Notes under the pieces: model-generated
The model's input: the letters and a program-made list of their open reading frames with translations, nothing else
Databases searched by the model: none
Told to the model about the DNA's origin: nothing
NCBI GenBank assembly: GCA_964473825.1
Contig: CAYYQL010000029.1
Location: forward strand, 1-33,104
From: an uncultured archaeon
GTDB taxonomy: Archaea > Asgardarchaeota > Thorarchaeia > Thorarchaeales > Thorarchaeaceae
Length of the DNA: 33,104 nucleotides
Reading direction: 5' to 3'
In this document: positions 1 through 8,360 of the stretch, piece after piece
How positions within the stretch are numbered: position 1 is the first letter of the stretch
Layout: the number at the start of each line of letters is the position of its first letter
Made by a program: the position numbers and the translations under genes

Positions 1-204
1 CCTTTCATTGACAAGGTGATGGAGATGAATCGGGAGGTCTACATAAAGTCGATGCCCAAGACCTATGGTTCATCTGATGTCTTGAGGGTCTGGATCTCTG
101 CACGAAGTGAAAACGAAAAAGAGCTGACTCAGAGAGTGAACGAAACTATTGCCAATCTTGAGGCAATCTCAGGCCTTCAGTCAAAACCCGCAACCGAAGA
201 GTAA
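1..204 (+). CDS. C-terminal fragment of a CinA-like / molybdopterin-binding domain protein (5' truncated by window edge)
   Basis: Frame is open from base 1: PFIDKVMEMNREVYIKSMPK...LRVWIS. This resembles the 'P.I..VM....VYIKS.PK' C-terminal domain of archaeal CinA-related proteins. Confidence 0.6.
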   Translation, partial: PFIDKVMEMNREVYIKSMPKTYGSSDVLRVWISARSENEKELTQRVNETIANLEAISGLQSKPATEE

Positions 205-347
205 AAGATGAATCCTACGGAACTCCAGAGAATAAGCGGCGTACTTAGCTTGTTGTCGAAACACCGAGAAACACGTGCCGATAAGTATATGCAGTAGTAC
301 TGGCTGCAAATGACGCTAGGAGATGTACACCGGTGCAAGTCGAGCTG

Positions 348-1097
348 ATGATTGACCTCAATGACATCATTGTGTACTTCATCGCCTTGATTTATGTCGT
401 GATTGTCCTGACCACGGGCGATGTTCTCAGAAGAAAGCTGAACTTGGGTCCTGACTTCACACGGAAGGTCATTCATCTCTTTGCGGGGGCAGCCATCTGG
501 ACCACGCCCTACTATACACATGCATGGGTTGCAACACTGGTTGCCCTAACATTCGTTGTATTCCTCTGGCTTGCCAGTGATGAGAGATTCGAGAGATTCT
601 TTTCTGCCATGGCACGGCCCGAAGACCTTGAACACCACAGTGTGAGAGGACCGTTTTGGTACGCAGTGAGTATCACAATTCTGACGGGCTTCTTCACACT
701 CACCGGGAATGAGAGCCTCTATTTCGTGGGAGCTGCAAGCATCCATATCATGATGCTCGGCGACGGAATGTCTGCACCCATTGGCATGAGATTCGGCAAA
801 AACCATACACGCGTGATTAGCGGCTCAAACAGGTCTCTTCATGGATGTCTAGCACTTTTCGCATTCGGATTCTTGGGAGCTATGGTTGCATTCTGGTTCT
901 TCGGCATTCTGAACTATGGAGTCTTTCTCAGTGGGGGACAGGTGCTTCTTCTCGAGATGACGGTAATAGCACTAGTTGGTGCAATCTCAGCCACCCTCAT
1001 CGAGCTTGTAAGCCCAAAAGGCAAAGACAACATAACGGTCCCACTAATCACAACTGTAATCATGTATCTCGTAGGGCTACTGCTCGGCGTAGTCTAG
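348..1097 (+). CDS. Polyprenol/dolichol/phytol kinase family (SEC59/DGK1/VTE5, CTP-dependent) membrane protein
   Basis: Motifs TRKVIHL.AG, RGPFWY, LGDGMSAPIG.RFGK, RSLHG and ELVSPKGKDNITVP; multiple TM helices. ATG at 348 preferred over GTG at 333. Confidence 0.85.
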   Translation: MIDLNDIIVYFIALIYVVIVLTTGDVLRRKLNLGPDFTRKVIHLFAGAAIWTTPYYTHAWVATLVALTFVVFLWLASDERFERFFSAMARPEDLEHHSVRGPFWYAVSITILTGFFTLTGNESLYFVGAASIHIMMLGDGMSAPIGMRFGKNHTRVISGSNRSLHGCLALFAFGFLGAMVAFWFFGILNYGVFLSGGQVLLLEMTVIALVGAISATLIELVSPKGKDNITVPLITTVIMYLVGLLLGVV

Positions 1098-1107
1098 ACA
1101 ACAATAT

Positions 1108-1668
1108 CTATCGAGCGGCATCCACAACTAGGCGGTAGTAGTAGGTTCTACCTGCGGTCGGACTCTCTCGCTCAATCCTAACAACCTGACCAGGACGTGC
1201 GCCCAACACTCTCACGGCCGGATCATCCCTCAGAATTCGAGGCAACTGCGGCTTGTCTATGCCATAGTGCTCAAGAACTAAATCCACTTCTTCGGTGCTT
1301 GCCACAGTATGCTTCGGCACCAGTTGATGGTCGAAGAGGTCAAAAGATGCGTAGTTCCCTTCAACTAGTTCAACACGATTTGCGCGGGCATGCTTCTTTG
1401 CTGCTGGAGTGAATCGGCTACCTCCCACAATCATTCCCTGAAAAGCCTCGTACTCCTCCATGTCCCTCACAAGGTCCTTAACATAGGCAACACCGATGAC
1501 TTTCTGCTCTTTGAATATCCAGACCAGCATCCTGATAGTGTACTCGCCAAGCTGGCGATCAGGAATCATCTCGTAGCGGTCCTCGTATTCATTCAATTCC
1601 TCTACTCTGTAGCCGCGTAGATTCAGTAGTTCCCTTGTCTTTACTACATAACTTGGAAGTTCTGCCAT
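1108..1668 (-). CDS. rpoH: DNA-directed RNA polymerase subunit Rpo5/RpoH with an extra N-terminal RPB5-jaw / restriction-endonuclease-fold-like domain
   Basis: The C-terminal ~75 aa is unmistakable Rpb5_C (H.LVPKH, QLPRI..DDP, GA.PG.VV.I.R.SPTAG...YYRLVV). There is an N-terminal extension of ~105 aa, and an SD-like GAGGAG at 1677-1682 (minus strand). Confidence 0.92.
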   Translation of the reverse strand: MAELPSYVVKTRELLNLRGYRVEELNEYEDRYEMIPDRQLGEYTIRMLVWIFKEQKVIGVAYVKDLVRDMEEYEAFQGMIVGGSRFTPAAKKHARANRVELVEGNYASFDLFDHQLVPKHTVASTEEVDLVLEHYGIDKPQLPRILRDDPAVRVLGARPGQVVRIERESPTAGRTYYYRLVVDAAR

Positions 1669-1715
1669 GGCATTGACTCCTCAAAGAAGCTCATTGGTTC
1701 GCCCTTTAGTGAGCA

Positions 1716-1721
1716 TATAAA
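1716..1721 (-). promoter_or_regulatory. Putative TATA box (TTTATA) for the rpoH/RPB5-like gene
   Basis: TTTATA on the minus strand, ~48 nt upstream of the ATG at 1668. Confidence 0.5.
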
Positions 1722-1781
1722 GATTATCAACTGTATAAGCAAATGATGTCAGCAAGCATCTGAAGATAGACCTTGGAGGAC

Positions 1782-1901
1782 CTACTCTTCATACAATCGC
1801 ATTGGCTGATTGCAGCATACTAAAGTGCCTGCACCTGACTTCTTCACGACAATGACCTGCTGGCAAATGTCGCACACATATGTTGCTCCTTCTTTGGCCA
1901 T
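1782..1901 (-). CDS. Desulforedoxin-like small Fe(Cys)4 protein (39 aa; not in ORF track)
   Basis: Manual translation MAKEGATYVCDICQQVIVVKKSGAGTLVCCNQPMRLYEE*. It matches the desulforedoxin/Dfx N-domain pattern Y.CxxC-x15-CC.QPM. An SD-like AGGAG lies upstream. Confidence 0.85.
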   Translation of the reverse strand: MAKEGATYVCDICQQVIVVKKSGAGTLVCCNQPMRLYEE

Positions 1902-2020
1902 AATGATTAGCTCCTATCTGGCGCACTAGCATACAATCGCGCTTTAACACTATCGCTACAGACGTAAGACCTGCAGAGTTAAGTGGAGAACTCTTGCACT
2001 CATGGTCAGGCTGACCTCCA

Positions 2021-2899
2021 ATGCAATCCAGAAACTCAGCGAGAGCACTAATGATGATGGCGGCTATCATCTGGGGCTCCACATTCGTGGTGGGGCGGGT
2101 CACCGTGACGAACGCCGACCCTCTGGGCATCACCTTTCTACAGAACTCTATAGGAGCGCTGATTCTGATAACCGCACTTGTTTGGAAGAACAGAGAGGCA
2201 AACTCACAGGGGCTCGAGTTCTTCAGCCATCGGGCACTGGTTATTTTGGGGATACTTAATGGATTGGGCTATGCCTCGAACTACATCGCCCTGTACTACA
2301 CAACTGCAATCAACACCAGCCTGCTGGTGAACTTCGGTATAGCATTAGTTCCCGTATTTGCATTCTTAATCGGTCGCGAGAGAGTGTCCCATCGAAACAT
2401 CGTAGCACTTGTGATAGGCATTTTCGGAACAGTTCTTGTGACCACGGGGGGTGATCTGGGTGCTGTGGTCGAAGGGCAGTTCATCGGAGACCTGCTGGCA
2501 CTCTTTGCCGGACTCGTCTGGGCACTCTGGATTGTTCTTGCGTACAATGCCATGAAACAGGCACAGGGGCCTCTCCAAGTTGCAGCTCCAAACGCCGCAT
2601 ATACCGCAATTGTTCTAGGTGTTTCAGTCTTCATCTTCTCGAATCCATCAGGAATACAGACAGCTTCCACTGCGACTTGGGCAGGAATCATCTATCTGGG
2701 CGTATTCTCCATCGGCATAGCTTTCCTCCTGTATTACGAGGGGCTGAAGCATCTTGGTGGCACGGCCTCGGCAGTCTATCTGCTGTTGCAGTCCGCAGTT
2801 GCTATCTTCCTCGGTTTCTTCTTTCTAGGAGAATCATTGACGCCTGTACAGCTCATAGGAACATGCATGATAATGTCCGCGGTGGTCATTACCGACTAG
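2021..2899 (+). CDS. DMT superfamily (EamA) transporter
   Basis: IWGSTFV start motif, GD.LAL.AG..WA motif, two EamA repeats, ~10 TM helices, LGE.LT..Q.IG ending. Confidence 0.9.
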   Translation: MQSRNSARALMMMAAIIWGSTFVVGRVTVTNADPLGITFLQNSIGALILITALVWKNREANSQGLEFFSHRALVILGILNGLGYASNYIALYYTTAINTSLLVNFGIALVPVFAFLIGRERVSHRNIVALVIGIFGTVLVTTGGDLGAVVEGQFIGDLLALFAGLVWALWIVLAYNAMKQAQGPLQVAAPNAAYTAIVLGVSVFIFSNPSGIQTASTATWAGIIYLGVFSIGIAFLLYYEGLKHLGGTASAVYLLLQSAVAIFLGFFFLGESLTPVQLIGTCMIMSAVVITD

Positions 2900-2989
2900 A
2901 TACACGAAGAATGTATATCGGAGTCTGATGTACGAACATAAATATAGACGAAATGTCTTGACATAACAGAGCAGCGAGAGGCGATTTGT

Positions 2990-3415
2990 GTGGCCGGATT
3001 GACAAAAGGCATGATTGCGGACGTCAAGAAGAAAGGTGAGATCAAACTCCCAGAGGATTTCTTTGAGAATCCCGAACTAAAGGACATGAAAGCTGCGATG
3101 GTTATCTACTTCGAGAAATCTGGTGAGGTCAGGCTCATCCCCATGATGAAGGAGGGTGGTGCTCGAGTACGACTCGAAGTTGAGAAGGTCAATCCAGCAC
3201 TCATGCAGACAATGACGAGTCTCTTCAAGCAGCACGACTTGAAGGTCCTGTTCACCACTGGCTTCTGTTTCGAACAGAACAGATGCGTCTATGAGGTGTA
3301 CTTTGCAGCAGACTCGATTAGAGAGAAAGAGAGGAATATCAGAAACACAATCGACAGTATTCCCGGGCTTTACAAAAGCGAGTTTGAGATTCTCGAAATC
3401 GGCCTCGAATGGTGA
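2990..3415 (+). CDS. Putative regulator: AbrB/SpoVT-like N-terminus plus ACT-like C-terminal domain
   Basis: IADVKKKGEIKLPEDF resembles the AbrB swapped-hairpin motif (V..KG.I.IP). The C-terminal half has an ACT-like beta-alpha-beta-beta-alpha-beta pattern. Confidence 0.5.
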   Translation: MAGLTKGMIADVKKKGEIKLPEDFFENPELKDMKAAMVIYFEKSGEVRLIPMMKEGGARVRLEVEKVNPALMQTMTSLFKQHDLKVLFTTGFCFEQNRCVYEVYFAADSIREKERNIRNTIDSIPGLYKSEFEILEIGLEW

Positions 3416-3417
3416 AT

Positions 3418-4020
3418 TCATACCATCCTGAGGGCAACGTTCTCCTTGGCATGAGTTTCAACCAGTTCTAGATCAAGTTTCAGAAGTGAAGCAAGATATC
3501 CATGGATGAACGGGGCCGGGTAGAATGGACTGCCAATCACAATCTTGTCATCATGTACTGATATTGAGCCCCAACCGTGTTCTTGAAGCAGTTCGAAGAC
3601 CAGGTGTCGTGCGTCAACATCAGAGGGGTTCTTGTCGTAGTATATCTTGACAATATCAGCTATTGGTGACTGACTACCAGCAGTGACACCAAGTTCATGT
3701 TGCTCCGAGGGAGTCAGTTTAGAGAAGAACAGAGAGGATTGGCTGTCAGACTCGAACACAACGCGACAAGAGTCTATGTATATACCTCGTTCCCCCCATT
3801 TGTGGGCAGTGAAATCAATGAACCACCTAACCGCATCTTCTATCATCTGAGCCCGTGACCGCGCAACTCGTTCTTGAACCAGTTCATCTATGCGCTCTAC
3901 AAGTGACTCACTCATAGTGATGCTGATGATTTTTTTCTTGTCACTGTGAGAACTGCTCGACTTCTTCTTGGAATCAGGAGACATTCCCGTTTTCACATCC
4001 TGCCCCTTAACCTCAGGCAT
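3418..4020 (-). CDS. CopG/ribbon-helix-helix regulator fused to a V4R-like ligand-binding domain
   Basis: KKIISITMSESLVERIDELV...SRAQMIEDAVRWF is an RHH motif. The C-terminal ELG..AG, GWG.I.V and F.HGYL..LL segments fit a V4R/Bet3-like fold. Confidence 0.7.
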   Translation of the reverse strand: MPEVKGQDVKTGMSPDSKKKSSSSHSDKKKIISITMSESLVERIDELVQERVARSRAQMIEDAVRWFIDFTAHKWGERGIYIDSCRVVFESDSQSSLFFSKLTPSEQHELGVTAGSQSPIADIVKIYYDKNPSDVDARHLVFELLQEHGWGSISVHDDKIVIGSPFYPAPFIHGYLASLLKLDLELVETHAKENVALRMV

Positions 4021-4139
4021 TACCTCGACAAACTGTTAGTGCGTATTCAAAGATACGCACCCTTACTAACATCGAGGTGAACATACTATAAGAACTCTTT
4101 GGGAAATGGCTCAGAATCCTCCATAAACAATAGAGTCAA

Positions 4140-4478
4140 ATGTGTTCACTGGTTTTGCATTCTGAAACCACATCGCTGGTGGATTCTGACAGGAAGATGA
4201 TACCCTTGGCGTATTGCGAGCTTTGGCTTGAGATGAGAAGCATAGAGAGAGCGTTTCGAGTTGCTCTACTTGTCCCCCAAGGAGTGGAGATTCCTGAGGA
4301 TTTCTTCAAGTCGGAAATCCAGAATGAACTACCGGAGAAGGAGCTCTATTTTTCGGAATGGTTCTCAGGCATTGCCTCAGCGAAAGACACAATGAATGAT
4401 GCCGCCTCTTTCTACAATGAGCGCTCTATACAGTTCTTGTTCTTTCGAGAGATTCGACCTATGACACAGTGCGAATGA
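4140..4478 (+). CDS. Hypothetical protein (true start may be downstream, at MIPLAY...)
   Basis: Fills the gap between real genes, has a globular-protein composition and is divergent from the RHH gene. Confidence 0.6.
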   Translation: MCSLVLHSETTSLVDSDRKMIPLAYCELWLEMRSIERAFRVALLVPQGVEIPEDFFKSEIQNELPEKELYFSEWFSGIASAKDTMNDAASFYNERSIQFLFFREIRPMTQCE

Positions 4479-4500
4479 AACGAACGAAAAGAAAATAGAA

Positions 4501-4519
4501 TGAGGGGCGAAACCCCTCA
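4501..4519 (-). terminator. Hairpin plus T-rich tract terminator downstream of 4533..5183
   Basis: TGAGGGG-CGAAA-CCCCTCA forms a 7-bp stem. On the minus strand it is followed by TTCTATTTTCTTTT. Confidence 0.6.
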
Positions 4520-4532
4520 AACAGCATACACT

Positions 4533-5183
4533 TTACGTAGGCCAGGGAATTACAAGACCCAGAGTCACCGGACTCAGTATCACGACTACTCCGACAGCAA
4601 TTGCCGCAAGACCAATAATAACGCTGACAGGAGTGCTGGCAAAGACCTTTCCAATCAGCTGAATGAGCTTGATAACGAGGCCTCCCAGTACGTAGACCAC
4701 ACAAAAGATGATGACGCCGATAACAACCATCCACTTGAGTGAGATGATCTGCTGGACGTAATCACCTATAACGGCCATCTCGGCATACGGGGCAAGAAAG
4801 CCATAGAGTGTGAACGTACCAAATATTGCTACTGCCAGTGCAAACACAGTGGCTAATGGAAACTTGTCTAGCAGTCGCATCACAAGAGTGAACCCTATGA
4901 TGACCAAGACTGCGGCAACAAGTGCACCGCCAGGATTAGTCGTATAGACAACATACCCAACGAGGATATCCAGCGCCCCGACAAAGAATCCTAAGAAGGA
5001 CCCTAGTTTGACGATCACGTCGAATATCCATCCAAGGAGGGGAATGGGATCCGTTATGTTTTCCAGAAGCCATGCGGCTGCAAGAATCCCTGAGCCAATC
5101 AACACCCAGCCCACGACCCACGGGTCCTGGAAGAAGAGCATGATTTCGTCGAGAGAGAGGTCGAAAACACCAAATTGTAACAT
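4533..5183 (-). CDS. Hypothetical multi-pass membrane protein
   Basis: 216 aa, about 6 hydrophobic helices, no recognised motif. Confidence 0.8.
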   Translation of the reverse strand: MLQFGVFDLSLDEIMLFFQDPWVVGWVLIGSGILAAAWLLENITDPIPLLGWIFDVIVKLGSFLGFFVGALDILVGYVVYTTNPGGALVAAVLVIIGFTLVMRLLDKFPLATVFALAVAIFGTFTLYGFLAPYAEMAVIGDYVQQIISLKWMVVIGVIIFCVVYVLGGLVIKLIQLIGKVFASTPVSVIIGLAAIAVGVVVILSPVTLGLVIPWPT

Positions 5184-5248
5184 TAATCACACCTCAGTCT
5201 AACCACTCGCAGCATAGTCTTAGCCGTTAAAAAACCTATGTCATCCAG

Positions 5249-6769
5249 CTAGAAACCCAGAAGATTTGATGAGGCTGTGAGCGCAAGCCAGTAGAGGAAG
5301 CCGCAGATGACTCCGAACAGCATCGACTTCGAGCCTCCTACCATTCTGGAGTTCTGATAACCCGAAGAAACTGCGGTTATGAAAAGGAGTGATGAGAGGG
5401 GAAGCATGTCGATCATAGTCACGGAACCGGGAGTCCAAGAAGGTCCTTCTGATAACAATGAGCCTATGTAGAGATATGGAGCGAGTGAAGAGAGGAGGCC
5501 AAGCACTACAGAACTCGTTATTGACAGAAGATACACTTTCAGTCGCTGGGCCTGAATTATTGACTCTCTCTCACGTAGGATAGCAGATCTCGCTATCAGA
5601 CGAGATGCAATGCGCGAGAGTCTATCGCCTGCTTCCTTTGTGGAGAACTCACACATGCGAGGAATCATCCGATACATGTTCGCTACTCGCTGCCCCATGG
5701 CATACTCCGCAGAGTCGTTCATGGCCTCCTCAATCCCTTTAGACTCCCAAGTAATGGACCTGATTGTGGAATCCAATAGTGGTTGTACCCGTGGAGAAGT
5801 ATCATCGCGAACTTCAACAAGTGCGACCTCTAATGTGTCACCAGTGTTGAGCCGCTCTGCAAGCAGAACCATGAAGTTGAGGAACTCATCATACTCTGCC
5901 ATTATCTCACTCTGCGAAGGAGGGCTTGGACTCATCTTCTGAGGTCTATCGAAGTATGCAGCAAACCCACTTGTGAAACGAATACGGAATAGCGCGTTCA
6001 GACCGATAAGAAGAGGGACAAAGAGAAGTATGATAGGGTCGGTTGCCATTCCAGTCAGTGCTAGGGAAAGAGTAAGCAGAATTGGAACATAGGTTACGAG
6101 AGCTGCTACAACTAGAAGACGACTCTCGAGCTCGAGATTCCTAGAACGCAATGACATGTCCGCTTCGAAGGCCTGCCCGGAGAGTTCATCAAGCAAGTCC
6201 GTCTTTTGCTCCAAGGCAGATATCACAGCAGTGATGTATCTTCGTACATCGTCAGAGGGTTGGTTTCTTGCGAACTCCATCAACGATTCCTCAGGAGGTA
6301 TTCCATCTGCTGCATCTCTCAAGATGCGCTGGAAGGCAGATGAGAGGTACGGATGATCAGACTTTGCCACCAAGGAGATTGCATCGAAGATTGTTCCCCC
6401 GGATTGAAAGACCAGGATGAACTGCTCGAAAAGCAGATCGGCCTCTTCAGCTAGACTCAACCTGTAGCTGTTCATTCTCGACACGGGGTAGTTCACTGTC
6501 ACATAATATGTGATGATACCGGTGATCAGTGAGAGAGGGATGATAACAACCAGCTGAAGATTAAGGACAAAAGCAGTCAGACTGCTGAGTATGATGATGA
6601 CTGACGATAGAAAGTAGGCTATCGAAAAGACGCCCTGGGTACTGATGTCTAGCAACGGACGAAGAAAGGCTACAGCCTGCTCCAGTTCGTAATCGTTCCT
6701 CTGACGCCCGAGTTGAGAATACACAGGGATGCGTTCTCCAAGCCTACTGAGTTTCTCATACAGAGCCAT
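5249..6769 (-). CDS. Type II secretion system F (TadB/TadC/ArlJ-like) membrane platform protein with two T2SSF domains
   Basis: Two repeats (QSGGTIFDAI...YLSSAF.RI...GIPPEESL..FA and TGDTLEVAL...GIEEAM), each followed by TM helices. Confidence 0.8.
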   Translation of the reverse strand: MALYEKLSRLGERIPVYSQLGRQRNDYELEQAVAFLRPLLDISTQGVFSIAYFLSSVIIILSSLTAFVLNLQLVVIIPLSLITGIITYYVTVNYPVSRMNSYRLSLAEEADLLFEQFILVFQSGGTIFDAISLVAKSDHPYLSSAFQRILRDAADGIPPEESLMEFARNQPSDDVRRYITAVISALEQKTDLLDELSGQAFEADMSLRSRNLELESRLLVVAALVTYVPILLTLSLALTGMATDPIILLFVPLLIGLNALFRIRFTSGFAAYFDRPQKMSPSPPSQSEIMAEYDEFLNFMVLLAERLNTGDTLEVALVEVRDDTSPRVQPLLDSTIRSITWESKGIEEAMNDSAEYAMGQRVANMYRMIPRMCEFSTKEAGDRLSRIASRLIARSAILRERESIIQAQRLKVYLLSITSSVVLGLLSSLAPYLYIGSLLSEGPSWTPGSVTMIDMLPLSSLLFITAVSSGYQNSRMVGGSKSMLFGVICGFLYWLALTASSNLLGF

Positions 6770-7001
6770 CGCAATTCCGCCTTCTCATGCTGGCCCGACT
6801 CTCTTAAATCACCGTTCATTCTATGTTGGACAGACTTGAACACCAGAGAGTTGTCCCCCTAAGTAACGGTACTGGGTGGTCTCCGTCGTGGTCAGAGATG
6901 GTGTGTGAGGGCCCAGCTCTCAATCATAGGCTGGAGGATATAAACTCTTACGCTGAAAGGTCCAACTTCGTCCAAGTCTTCTGTAGCTGTTGGTGTACCC
7001 G

Positions 7002-8258
7002 CTAGAAAAAGTCTGTCAGTCTGCTCTGAGTGATAAAATGTTTGTAAGTCTCGCTCGCATCCAGATAACTATCTAATGAGTTCTGGAGCGTTGTTCCCAC
7101 AGCCATCAACGCTTCATCAAGGCCACTGAACTTACGTGGTTTCATCTCCAACCCTCTTCTTGCTATCTCCCTGAACCGCCATACACCGAGTGGCACCCAT
7201 TTTCTGGGGTCAATCTCCATGAAGACGATGACACCCGCCTGCCTTCGCATCTCAACTAGACGCTCTAGGACTGGGAGGCGAGTTGCATAGTAAGCGCCCG
7301 TGACATCCTTAGCATACTCTTTTCGGCCCTTCGCAAACTCATGGTCAGATATGACATGAGGCGCACGGCCACTCAGCCAACACTCTAAGGCTTCGAACTG
7401 CCAAGAGTTGGGCATCATCAAGATTGTGACTCGGTTTCCAAGAGCGTAATCGGTGAAAACCAGATAGTCATTGATCCATCTGAAGCGAAGAATCTCCTTG
7501 TGCAACTCCTTTGCGATGATATCATCCACTGCCGTGATGCTCCACTCTGTGGGAACAAGACGTCGTCGCTTCTTGGCCCCCAGCATTCCAATCGAGAAGA
7601 GTCTAGTGACCTGTTGCTGGTGGATGCCCTCTTCAAAGAGGGTCGTAACACCTGTAGTTGCATCTAGGTCGGTATCAGAGGTCACCTTGTCCACAGCCTT
7701 CGGGACTGCAGGATTGTCTTCCAGTCTGAAGCTCCGAAGGGGCGCCGATGGACCGATGGGAAGCGTTCGCCCCGAGAACACTCGCGTAAAACTCGGACGT
7801 TTGATTAGCGTCGCCTCTGACGAGGCAGGAGTCTCGGATAGTGCCATTGTCTGGGTCTCATGGAGAAGACGAGGGGGATCCATCGCTGCATCAACAGGAA
7901 TGGGCCGCTTTGTTCGGATTAGGCTGAATCGCAGAGCCAGAATCTCATCGAGGGTCTTTGTCAACCAGAGATCGGGTCGTTCCATAATCGCTGATTCTCC
8001 ACTCCTGACTGGTGGCACCAATGGACCAGCAAGAACCTTGGGATAACCATGACTGCCGACGAAGACGGAGGGTGGTGATGACCCAGTGAGGTTCATCCCT
8101 CTCACAGCGGATTCAATGTTTGCGAGCGCTTTGGCCCGCATAAGCAAGGGGCAGGGACTCACCCCGCATAGGGCGCGATGCCCCATACACCTAGAACAGA
8201 GTCGCTCATTGAATGAGGGGCCATGTCCGCCCTTCGGTTCTAGACGACTCTGAGCCAT
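7002..8258 (-). CDS. nreA: Nre family DNA repair protein with C-terminal PIP box
   Basis: N-terminal C..C.G...LCG..PCP, GSSPPSVFVG..GYPKV..GP, R.LVPT.WSITAVD, G.YYA.RL, PLGVW..RE and terminal PIP QSRLTDFF. Start moved to ATG 8258 because the longer ORF overlaps the divergent gene. Confidence 0.93.
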   Translation of the reverse strand: MAQSRLEPKGGHGPSFNERLCSRCMGHRALCGVSPCPLLMRAKALANIESAVRGMNLTGSSPPSVFVGSHGYPKVLAGPLVPPVRSGESAIMERPDLWLTKTLDEILALRFSLIRTKRPIPVDAAMDPPRLLHETQTMALSETPASSEATLIKRPSFTRVFSGRTLPIGPSAPLRSFRLEDNPAVPKAVDKVTSDTDLDATTGVTTLFEEGIHQQQVTRLFSIGMLGAKKRRRLVPTEWSITAVDDIIAKELHKEILRFRWINDYLVFTDYALGNRVTILMMPNSWQFEALECWLSGRAPHVISDHEFAKGRKEYAKDVTGAYYATRLPVLERLVEMRRQAGVIVFMEIDPRKWVPLGVWRFREIARRGLEMKPRKFSGLDEALMAVGTTLQNSLDSYLDASETYKHFITQSRLTDFF

Positions 8259-8360
8259 CACATATCTTTCTCCGCGTTCTCTCTGGGAACTAGCTGCAAT
8301 TCTCACCTTAAAGTAGTAATCCTCAAGGTATATCTTCGCATATGCATTCCGAACTCCTTG

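Noticed and set aside
1743-1810. Possible C/D-box sRNA (ATGATGT...CTGA...CTGA)
   Set aside because: Box C is imperfect, the spacing is wrong and it overlaps the desulforedoxin-like CDS on the opposite strand.
4476-4742. In-frame TGA after 4140..4478 as possible selenocysteine read-through
   Set aside because: The extension is antisense to a real membrane gene and crosses a terminator hairpin; there is no Sec-type motif or SECIS.
8244-8258. N-terminal MAQSRL mirroring the C-terminal PIP QSRLTDFF of Nre
   Set aside because: It lacks the aromatic pair needed for a PIP box and is probably coincidental.
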